Of a stretch of DNA of 64,000 nt, positions 19,427 to 27,786 are shown piece after piece; position 1 is the stretch's first letter; each line of letters opens with the position of its first letter. The notes beneath the pieces were generated by a model. It searched no databases and was not told where the DNA came from. It worked only from the letters and a program-made list of their open reading frames with translations. The stretch comes from Candidatus Enterousia sp. (GTDB lineage Bacteria > Pseudomonadota > Alphaproteobacteria > Rs-D84): NCBI GenBank assembly GCA_045617905.1, contig JAZLJO010000014.1, forward strand, positions 72,743-136,742, given 5' to 3'. Position numbers and translations under genes: made by a program.

Positions 19427-21475
19427 ATGAGTAACGACACACAAAACGAATTAAAAATGCAGTTAATTCCTACATTTAAATCATCTTTGGCATCTGTCCA
19501 AAAACGCAATGGTGAAACGGTTGCATTTGATGGACATAAGATATTTAACGCTATCAAAGGGGCTGTTGCTTCAACCAAAGAAATATCAGACGATCAAATC
19601 GTAACAATAACACAAACCGTTTTGGATAAACTGGATGCTAAATTCACAAATCAGGTTCCGAGTGTTGAATCGATTCAAGACATTGTTATCGAAACATTAA
19701 TGGATACCCATGCATATAAAACTGCCCAAGCATATATCATATACCGTCAAAAACACACAGAAATTCGTAATTCATACATAGACGCCGTAGATGTTATTGA
19801 CAGTTACGTTGGTGGTTCAAATTGGCGCATCAAAGAAAATGCAAATATCGGTTATTCAATTGGCGGATTAATTTTACGAACCAGTGAACGCGTTACAGCC
19901 GAATATTGGTTAAATCTGTTTCCACACGAAATTGCCGAAGCACACAAAAATGCGGCAATCCATATACACGATTTAGGTTGGTTAACCGGTTATTGTGCAG
20001 GTTGGTCATTACGTGAATTATTATACGAAGGTTTTAACGGTGTTCCAGGCTATTTGCAATGTGAACCGGCAAAGCACATGGCAACCGCAATTTCACACAT
20101 GGTTAATTTCTTGGGAACATTGCAAAATGAATTTGCGGGTGCCCAGGCATTTTCATCGGTTGATACATATTTGGCACCATATGTTAGATTGGATAAATTA
20201 TCATATCCCGATGTAAAAAACGCAATGCAAACATTAATTTTTAATTGCGCCGTTCCATGTCGTTGGGGGACCCAAACGCCATTTATAAACTTTACATTTG
20301 ATTGGACCTGTCCCAAAGATTTACGTGCACAACATCCTTTTATTGGTAAACAACAGGTTGAATTTACATATGGTGATTTGCAACCAGAAATGGACATGAT
20401 TAACAAAGCATTTTTAGAAGTCATGACCGAAGGTGATGCACAGGGCCGTCCATTTACATTTCCAATTCCAACATACAATATTACAGATGATTTTCCATGG
20501 AATCATCCAAATGTAAAACCATTGTTTGAATTGGCGGCAAAATATGGTATTCCAAATTTCCAAAATTTCTTGAATTCAGATTTGAATCCAACAGATGTCC
20601 GTTCAATGTGTTGCCGTCTGCGTTTAGATGTTCGTGAATTATTAAAACGCGGTGGCGGTTTATTTGGTTCCGCAGAAAAAACGGGATCAATCGGTGTTGT
20701 AACAATTAACTTGTCCCGCCTGGGGTATTTACACAAAGGCGATCGCGATGGTCTGTTCCGCGAATTACAACAATTATTGAATTACGGCCGTCAAGCATTG
20801 GAAATCAAACGCAAGGTAATATCTAAAAATATGGAACGTGGTTTATACCCATTCACACGCCGTTATTTGGGGAATTGGAACCATCATTTTTCAACAATTG
20901 GTGTAAACGGGGCAAACGAAATGGTTCGCAATTTTACAAATGATCGTGAAAATATTGCCACCCCAATGGGTAAACAGTTGGTATTGGATGTAATGGATTT
21001 TATTCGTGAAAACCTGGCAAATTTCCAAGAAGAAACTGGCAATTTGTATAATTTAGAGGCAACCCCAGCCGAAGGTTGTTCATACCGTTTTGCAAAAACA
21101 GATACTAAAAATTATACAGATATTATTACCGCTGGAACCAAAGATGCGCCATATTACACCAATTCAACACAATTACCTGTAAACTATACAGATGATCCAT
21201 TTGTTGCACTGGAACACCAAGAAGAATTGCAACGTAAATACACGGGTGGAACAATGTTACATTTGTATATGGGCGAACCTGTATCATCTGGGGACGCAGC
21301 ACAAAAGATTGTTCGGACGATTTTTGAAAACTACAAAATACCATATATGACATTAACACCAACATTTTCAATATGTCCAAAACATGGATATTTGCCAGGG
21401 CGCCATGAATTCTGTCCAAAATGTGATGCAGAAATTGCGGCAAACCAAAATCATGAACATTCTGAAAACAATTAA
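19427..21475 (+). CDS. nrdD: anaerobic ribonucleoside-triphosphate reductase (class III) large catalytic polypeptide; lacks the glycyl-radical motif
   Basis: N-terminal ATP-cone and class III RNR core. Ends just after the Zn-ribbon CPKHGY...CPKCD, with no R(V/T)CGY motif. Confidence 0.8.
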   Translation: MSNDTQNELKMQLIPTFKSSLASVQKRNGETVAFDGHKIFNAIKGAVASTKEISDDQIVTITQTVLDKLDAKFTNQVPSVESIQDIVIETLMDTHAYKTAQAYIIYRQKHTEIRNSYIDAVDVIDSYVGGSNWRIKENANIGYSIGGLILRTSERVTAEYWLNLFPHEIAEAHKNAAIHIHDLGWLTGYCAGWSLRELLYEGFNGVPGYLQCEPAKHMATAISHMVNFLGTLQNEFAGAQAFSSVDTYLAPYVRLDKLSYPDVKNAMQTLIFNCAVPCRWGTQTPFINFTFDWTCPKDLRAQHPFIGKQQVEFTYGDLQPEMDMINKAFLEVMTEGDAQGRPFTFPIPTYNITDDFPWNHPNVKPLFELAAKYGIPNFQNFLNSDLNPTDVRSMCCRLRLDVRELLKRGGGLFGSAEKTGSIGVVTINLSRLGYLHKGDRDGLFRELQQLLNYGRQALEIKRKVISKNMERGLYPFTRRYLGNWNHHFSTIGVNGANEMVRNFTNDRENIATPMGKQLVLDVMDFIRENLANFQEETGNLYNLEATPAEGCSYRFAKTDTKNYTDIITAGTKDAPYYTNSTQLPVNYTDDPFVALEHQEELQRKYTGGTMLHLYMGEPVSSGDAAQKIVRTIFENYKIPYMTLTPTFSICPKHGYLPGRHEFCPKCDAEIAANQNHEHSENN

Positions 21476-21507
21476 ACAACGCATAACAAAGAAAAAAGGA
21501 GAGTATT

Positions 21508-21693
21508 ATGCAATCAGGTTGCACACAAAGAACACCATGTGAAATTTTTTCCCGTTCAATGGGTTTTATCCGTCCGGTATCAAATTTCAATATCGGTAAA
21601 TATTCTGAATTCTGCGAAAGAAAAACATTTACAGAAAACAACAGTTTAACGACGGGTGCACGTCACAATGATTTAATGAAAATGGCTGCATAA
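21508..21693 (+). CDS. glycyl-radical C-terminal domain of NrdD, encoded as a separate 61-aa polypeptide
   Basis: RSMGFIRPVSNFNIGKYSEFCERK aligns to the E. coli NrdD C-terminus RRVCGYLGSPDARPFNAGKQEEVKRR (radical Gly plus N-GK-E-R). Own RBS AAAGGAGAG 7 nt upstream. Fusion with nrdD needs two or more mutations. Confidence 0.6.
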   Translation: MQSGCTQRTPCEIFSRSMGFIRPVSNFNIGKYSEFCERKTFTENNSLTTGARHNDLMKMAA

Positions 21694-21697
21694 TAAA

Positions 21698-22396
21698 ATG
21701 TCTGATATTCAAATTGGGGGGGTGGTCTCGTTTACAACAATTGATTATCCTGGGAATCTGGCCGCGGTATTGTTTTTGGTTGGATGTCCATTACGATGTG
21801 CATATTGTTCGAACCCCCATTTGTTGTCTTTTCGTTCGGGTGATTATGATCCGATTAAAGTTTTTGAATGGATTCGTTCCCGCGTTGGAAAATTAGAGGC
21901 CATTGTATTTTCTGGGGGCGAAGCATTAATGCAATCTGATGCATTGATACAATATATGCAACAGGTTCGTCAATTGGGTTTTAAAATCGGATTACATACC
22001 AATGGTTTTTATCCTGAAAATTTAACGCGTGCAGCCCCATTTATTGATTGGATTGGCTTAGATTACAAGGCCACACGTGAAAAATATCCCGATTTAACGG
22101 GGCAAAATATTGCATATAACCGTATGATTGATTCACTTAACATTTGGCAATCCACGGGCAAAGATTATGAAATTCGCGTAACATGCGACCCACGTTTTAT
22201 ATCACCAAATGATTTATTAACAATTGCGAACGATTGTGCAACACGTGGTGTAAAAAATTTTGCGATTCAAAAATATATTCCACATTTTGAAACAGATACC
22301 GATAATACAACATCGGCAGATCGCGAACAATTTTTCATCCCGGACATTAAAAATACAATTAATACAATGTTTGAAAATGTAATTTGGCGTGAATAA
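21698..22396 (+). CDS. nrdG: anaerobic ribonucleotide reductase-activating protein (radical SAM)
   Basis: CPLRCAYCSNP radical-SAM cluster motif, 232 aa, immediately downstream of the nrdD pieces. Confidence 0.8.
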   Translation: MSDIQIGGVVSFTTIDYPGNLAAVLFLVGCPLRCAYCSNPHLLSFRSGDYDPIKVFEWIRSRVGKLEAIVFSGGEALMQSDALIQYMQQVRQLGFKIGLHTNGFYPENLTRAAPFIDWIGLDYKATREKYPDLTGQNIAYNRMIDSLNIWQSTGKDYEIRVTCDPRFISPNDLLTIANDCATRGVKNFAIQKYIPHFETDTDNTTSADREQFFIPDIKNTINTMFENVIWRE

Positions 22397-22420
22397 AATT
22401 CGTTTAGTCAATTTAATAAA

Positions 22421-22450
22421 AAAACACCGAATTTTTTTCGGTGTTTTTTT
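22421..22450. terminator. bidirectional intrinsic terminator (aaaaaCACCGAAtttttttCGGTGttttttt)
   Basis: Hairpin flanked by A/T runs between convergent nrdG and the 22453-23124 gene. Confidence 0.6.
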
Positions 22451-22452
22451 AT

Positions 22453-23124
22453 TTATGCGGCCCGTTGTTGATTTTGAAAAATCTGCCGTACCTGTTCTTT
22501 TCTTTGTTCAATCGCCATTATCATTATTTTCAATTTTTCCGTTCCATGTTTCATTTTCTGTTGGGTTATTTGTTCAGCCCCCGCACCGGCTGGATTTTGG
22601 ACGGGCAAATCTTTTGGATTAGTATTCGGGTTTCCCATCGCTGATGGTAATTTGGGACCATGTCGCAACGCCTGTTGACTGCGTTGTGGTATATTCGGGG
22701 CACTTTTTTCTATTTCCATCATATTGCCTTTGTATTTTTCCATAACCTGTTTTAACGTATCGACCGCTTTTTGTATCTTGCGAATATTTTCTGCACGTGC
22801 TGCGTTGTCCAGTTCTTGAACAGATTCACGTTTATTATCCAACATTGATTGTTTTGCCTGTTCTTTGGATTTATCTTCATGAAATTTACGTAAATATTGT
22901 GCTGCAACACCATTATTGGATTTTTTACTGTCAATAAAACCTTTAACCTGTTGGGTTGCCATATACATCGATTTTCCATAACTGTGTCCATGTGCCCCAT
23001 TCATGGCGACCAATGCTTTGTTCAATTCAGCATATGCCCGTTCGATAATTTTTTTATCTTCTATCGATATTTGTATACCGCTTTGGTTGACTGCATCTGC
23101 TATATTCTGCTGATTTACTGCCAT
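22453..23124 (-). CDS. hypothetical Lys/Gln-rich coiled-coil protein
   Basis: 223-aa ORF with no recognised domain. Confidence 0.35.
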   Translation of the reverse strand: MAVNQQNIADAVNQSGIQISIEDKKIIERAYAELNKALVAMNGAHGHSYGKSMYMATQQVKGFIDSKKSNNGVAAQYLRKFHEDKSKEQAKQSMLDNKRESVQELDNAARAENIRKIQKAVDTLKQVMEKYKGNMMEIEKSAPNIPQRSQQALRHGPKLPSAMGNPNTNPKDLPVQNPAGAGAEQITQQKMKHGTEKLKIMIMAIEQRKEQVRQIFQNQQRAA

Positions 23125-23278
23125 TTCTGCCCCCTTTGGTTATGGTGACGCTCACACCCACCAATTTATATATAATGCGCGCATAAGGTATTTCAACCTA
23201 ATTGTCAAGAAAATTGTTTTTTTGACAATAATCCTATTCTATGTCAGGCTGTATTTCGGACATGTCATAAAACATGCT

Positions 23279-23329
23279 GTTGCCAATAATGGGCGGCATG
23301 GATATGCCCCGCGGTCTTGCCAATAATGG
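23279..23329. promoter_or_regulatory. two direct copies of TTGCCAATAATGGG spaced 37 bp, upstream of the outer-membrane protein gene
   Basis: Exact 14-bp direct repeat at 23279-23292 and 23316-23329, 35-85 bp upstream of the ATG at 23366. Confidence 0.35.
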
Positions 23330-23365
23330 GGGCCGTCGAATTTCATCAAGACCAAAAGGAGTATA

Positions 23366-24517
23366 ATGATGAAAAAATCTGTAAAAATGGCTGTTGCCGC
23401 ATCGATGTTGGCAACACCTGCAATGGCGAATGCCGGTGCATTGAAAAACATGGAAAATCCGTTATATATGCCGGATGCCCATGGGGTATATTCGAAACTG
23501 ACAAACGGCGTTATGTTAAAAGTTGCCGACAGTTCCGAAGCACACAAGGATAAACACCACGATGGTGCAACAGAATTTCCGATTATCCGTATTCAGGAAG
23601 AATTGGGATACGGTATAACCGATCGTTGGATGGCGCATTTTTCTGCACAATACACACATGATGACGATATTTCCCGTACCGGTTTGTCTGGTGGTCGTTT
23701 AGGGACAACATATCGTTTGTTCACGCCAGAACACAATAACGGTTGGACAGTTGATGTCTATGGCGATTTACACCTGGGTGGATTAGGTGAAATGCGTGGC
23801 CAGTATAATATTGAAGGAAAAACATTGTCGACCACAGAACAAACAAAGATTGTAACGGAAGCAACCACGGCGGGAATGGAGCCAACAACAGCATTGGCAG
23901 GTTATTCTCTGAAAAATGCATCTGGTGTAATTGATTATGATAACTATTCAAATGGTATGTGGGGTTATCATGTTGGAACAAAGTTTGGTCGTGTATGGAA
24001 TGACCGCTTTACAACATCTGCATTCGTAGAAGTTTTGCGTACATTCGGTGACGACAACAGTCGTATCCGTTTGGTTGGTTCAAATACAGAGGTTTTGCCA
24101 AGTACTTCAACAGCATTGATTTTGGCAAAATTGGCCGCGCCATCTGAAGTTACTGCAAAATTCAAATCAACAACTGAAATCAATGCTGGTTTGAATACGT
24201 TTTATCAGTGGTCATCTAAATGGTCAACGGGAACATGGTTCCGTTATAACCAACATGCGTCCCAGGGCGTAGATAAAATCACAACCAATGTTTCAAGTGC
24301 TTTGGAACCAGTTAAAAAGGCATTGGAAGAAAAACTGTCTGATATGCAGGACGGATTTGACGAATACATCATTGGTTTGTCCGTTGCACACCAGTTTACA
24401 GACCATGCCCAGGTTGCACTGTATGGTGAATACACATTTGACACTGCTGAAAAACGTTCCCAGAACGGTACAGATGTCAAAGCAGAAATGGGTGTTCGTG
24501 TAAACGTAAAGTTTTAA
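23366..24517 (+). CDS. outer-membrane beta-barrel protein (porin/surface-antigen-like), C-terminal Phe
   Basis: Signal peptide MMKKSVKMAVAASMLATPAMA. Alternating amphipathic strands. Terminal ...RVNVKF. Confidence 0.55.
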   Translation: MMKKSVKMAVAASMLATPAMANAGALKNMENPLYMPDAHGVYSKLTNGVMLKVADSSEAHKDKHHDGATEFPIIRIQEELGYGITDRWMAHFSAQYTHDDDISRTGLSGGRLGTTYRLFTPEHNNGWTVDVYGDLHLGGLGEMRGQYNIEGKTLSTTEQTKIVTEATTAGMEPTTALAGYSLKNASGVIDYDNYSNGMWGYHVGTKFGRVWNDRFTTSAFVEVLRTFGDDNSRIRLVGSNTEVLPSTSTALILAKLAAPSEVTAKFKSTTEINAGLNTFYQWSSKWSTGTWFRYNQHASQGVDKITTNVSSALEPVKKALEEKLSDMQDGFDEYIIGLSVAHQFTDHAQVALYGEYTFDTAEKRSQNGTDVKAEMGVRVNVKF

Positions 24518-24553
24518 AAAACGAACATAAAATACTATAAACTATATTGGACA

Positions 24554-24582
24554 AAACCCGCCCTTTTGGGCGGTTTTTTTAT
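24554..24582 (+). terminator. intrinsic terminator (aaaaCCCGCCCttttGGGCGGttttttt)
   Basis: GC hairpin plus T-run after the OMP gene. Confidence 0.6.
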
Positions 24583-24652
24583 ACGTATATGCATATAAAA
24601 TAACTTTTTTAACGGGGCATTTTATGATATAATACCAATAACAAAAATCGGA

Positions 24653-25783
24653 TTGGAAATGAGAAAATTCAGTATTTACGCCACATTTGCGGGCATTTGT
24701 GCGTTTTTATCACACGCATCCCATGCAGCGTACCCAATATATCAGGGGGGGATTCCAAATGGTCAAATGATTGCTATGCCACAACAGCAAATGATGGTAC
24801 AACAACCGGTAATGTATGTTCCCCAACTGTCCAATCGTGCAATTTCAACCGCGGCGGCAATGAATTCACGCCATGGTAATGCCGCCAGTGCAAATCGTAT
24901 AACGGGTGCATTACCGCGGGTTGGTTCAAACGCAACAAATGCCGGCCGCCAATATTACCAGGCATCTGATTATGATCGTTTAGCCGACAGTGGTTTATAC
25001 ATTGGCCTGTCCGCGGCATACGCCATCAGTGTTATGGGCGATATGTCTGCAGATTATCAAAACGAACAAAATGCATTCTTTGTTCCCGGTGCCTTTAAAC
25101 CGGCCAGTTTTAATTACGATTCCGTTATTCCATTACAAATATCCGTTGGTGCCGCAATTAATAATGATATGCGTATTGATTTTTCATATTTGCGTTACAC
25201 CGGTCTGGGATACAACAACACCGCCGAAACGTCCGATGGGGGTGGCGGTTATGTTCAAACCAAGGTTGATGGTGGGGCAATCACCGCAAACACCACAATG
25301 TTGAACATATATTATAACATTGATTCATACACTGGATATTTGGCGGGTGGGTCATTACGTCCATATGTTGGTGCGGGTATTGGTGTATCATTGAATACCA
25401 TTGCTGATTACGTTGTTTATGATAAATCTTTTTATTCTGAAATGGATCCCGCCTATGCAGGTGCCGGTGATTTAACCGCAATTTCTGATGTTACGGCATA
25501 TCATAATGGGGGGACAACAGAACAATTCGCATTTATGTTGGAAGGTGGGCTGACCACAGAATTAAACGGCGGAATAAAAATGGATTTTTATGTCAGATAC
25601 ACCAACCTTGGGCGTGTAAAAACATCGGGTAGTAATGTTGTTTCACAGGTGGAATGGTTGTCCGATGGTGCCGGCAGTGAATACGAAGCCCCATACGACA
25701 GCGTATTCCATTATACCAATTGGTACGAAAGCGGTCGTCTAAGCACGGTTGATTTGGGCGTCCGTGCCAGATTGCAGTATTAA
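24653..25783 (+). CDS. outer-membrane beta-barrel protein, C-terminal aromatic residue (paralog-like neighbour)
   Basis: Signal peptide, Gly/Tyr/Asn-rich beta-strand pattern, terminal ...RARLQY. Confidence 0.5.
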   Translation: MEMRKFSIYATFAGICAFLSHASHAAYPIYQGGIPNGQMIAMPQQQMMVQQPVMYVPQLSNRAISTAAAMNSRHGNAASANRITGALPRVGSNATNAGRQYYQASDYDRLADSGLYIGLSAAYAISVMGDMSADYQNEQNAFFVPGAFKPASFNYDSVIPLQISVGAAINNDMRIDFSYLRYTGLGYNNTAETSDGGGGYVQTKVDGGAITANTTMLNIYYNIDSYTGYLAGGSLRPYVGAGIGVSLNTIADYVVYDKSFYSEMDPAYAGAGDLTAISDVTAYHNGGTTEQFAFMLEGGLTTELNGGIKMDFYVRYTNLGRVKTSGSNVVSQVEWLSDGAGSEYEAPYDSVFHYTNWYESGRLSTVDLGVRARLQY

Positions 25784-25805
25784 AACAAAAAATAACGGAG
25801 AGAGA

Positions 25806-27506
25806 ATGCCCAACAAAACCGCAATTTGTTCAATATTAACCATTGTGGCCGGTGTAATGGTTACACAATATTCGGCGATTGCCGCCGTCCACGTCAGCAA
25901 TGCCGCCCGCAGCCGCGCTGATGCGTATAATCAGGTCAATCAAATGATTGCCGCATCACAATCACAACAAATAACGGATGAAAATTCTTTGCCTGTTCGT
26001 GTTGCAGACGCAGATTTGGCCCGCAAATTAATCCAAGGCGACACCAGTATTCATGTAACATTTACCGATTTAAATAACTGCAAAGAAACATACCCGGCTG
26101 CAGAATTTGCATGGGACAAACCAAATGTTGGTCTGTCTTCAAACAAATCAGATCAATGCGTCGGTGTTGTAAGAATGTACGGTTATCAAATGGGCCCCGG
26201 TGGTTCAGATGCATTATTGGCCACCGCAAATTTACCAATCGATGGCAGCATAAAATGCAACATTTCAGAATTTCCAGAATCAGGTTACACCACATATGCA
26301 GGCCAGGTAACCTTCCCCGCCGATAACGAACCAACAATGGATGATGTAAAACGTGCCATGAATCGGGAATCAAAACAAAACGCCGGATTAAAAATTGCTG
26401 CAATGGCGTTAACCGGTGGTGTTATTGGAAATATGGTTGGAAACAACCCTGAAAACCCTGGGAATATTTTTGGATCAAACAAAGAAAAAATCCACAGCAC
26501 CGCAATTGGTGCAACGTCGGGCGCCGCATTGGCCGCCGCCAGTGCATATTCCGGCAAAGTTGCGGGGGACGCAATTTTAAACGCGGGTATTGCCGCCGCA
26601 GGTGGTGGAATTATTGCGAATATTAGTGCATCCACAAACCCTGACAGTAATAAATTACGTATTGAAAAATGTACAATCGACGGCAAAGACACAACCTGTC
26701 TGTGGGGTTATGCACTAGAAATCGAATCAGGAAACGATGCGTTCAATATGTTTTACGATTTTAATTCACATGTATCATATAAATGCAACAATGAATTAAA
26801 AGAATGCGAACAAATTCAATTACATGACACTGAGCTTCTTCAACCAATATCCAACAAATCTGGAACAGTATCTAAAATAGAAAAAATAAATATAGATGAT
26901 TTAAAAGCAAATCTCGGTCGGAATGAAAGATATTATATACATACAGATATCAATGACAGCAAATGCAGCGGTGGTATCAAAATATGTTTAACCCAAATAC
27001 AGCCTTCAAATGTAGATAATGACAAACTGCCGCTTATTTTAAAAGTAAAAGGTAATATTATTAAAAAGAAAATACCTGCAATGATTGAATATGAAGATGG
27101 TAATACGTTTTTTGGAAAAAACAAAGCCAGTTGGTCAGAATATAAGGATAAACATATAAACGGTACAGTTTATGGACGTCAGGCTGGTGGCATCCAAATT
27201 CCACTATTAGGAAACTATAACATTGACAATTTTGAACCTATGACCATTGGTGCCGATGATGATCATGGTAATATTATTGATTTATCCAACAAGGCCCGAT
27301 TGGGTGATACTGTCAAAGGTGCCGCCGCCGGTGCCGGTTTGGGTGCATTGTCGGGTATTCAGGGGGCCAATACAGAAATTTCTGAACGTTATGTTTCTGC
27401 GGTTGCAGAATACAACGGATCATTACAAAAAATATATTGCAAATCGGGCGAGCGATATTTGGGTAAATATAACGATATTGTTGAAATTCCAAACATACAA
27501 CAATAA
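25806..27506 (+). CDS. hypothetical secreted/membrane protein with Gly/Ala-rich segments
   Basis: GGAGAGA RBS before ATG 25806. N-terminal hydrophobic segment. No known domain. Confidence 0.4.
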   Translation: MPNKTAICSILTIVAGVMVTQYSAIAAVHVSNAARSRADAYNQVNQMIAASQSQQITDENSLPVRVADADLARKLIQGDTSIHVTFTDLNNCKETYPAAEFAWDKPNVGLSSNKSDQCVGVVRMYGYQMGPGGSDALLATANLPIDGSIKCNISEFPESGYTTYAGQVTFPADNEPTMDDVKRAMNRESKQNAGLKIAAMALTGGVIGNMVGNNPENPGNIFGSNKEKIHSTAIGATSGAALAAASAYSGKVAGDAILNAGIAAAGGGIIANISASTNPDSNKLRIEKCTIDGKDTTCLWGYALEIESGNDAFNMFYDFNSHVSYKCNNELKECEQIQLHDTELLQPISNKSGTVSKIEKINIDDLKANLGRNERYYIHTDINDSKCSGGIKICLTQIQPSNVDNDKLPLILKVKGNIIKKKIPAMIEYEDGNTFFGKNKASWSEYKDKHINGTVYGRQAGGIQIPLLGNYNIDNFEPMTIGADDDHGNIIDLSNKARLGDTVKGAAAGAGLGALSGIQGANTEISERYVSAVAEYNGSLQKIYCKSGERYLGKYNDIVEIPNIQQ

Positions 27507-27520
27507 CACATATAAATTTA

Positions 27521-27550
27521 AAACGGGGGATACAAAAGTGTCCCCCCTAA
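27521..27550. terminator. hairpin GGGGGAtacaaaagtgTCCCCC (putative terminator)
   Basis: 6-bp G/C stem downstream of 25806-27506. The T-tract is only on the minus strand. Confidence 0.35.
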
Positions 27551-27786
27551 AGAGAACAAAATCAAACCGTGCAACAAAAATTTTGGTCAAATGTATAACC
27601 CAAAAAAACAGGCTTTCTACAATAATATCATGGAATTTGATATCACACCCCAACCACGATTATTTCATATAATATGTCATAACAGCATTAACATAAATCG
27701 TAAATAAATTATTGAACGCCATAACTATACAACTTTTTTACATCCAGCATTCGGAATGTATTGCATCGCCCCCAAAGGCATAACCT

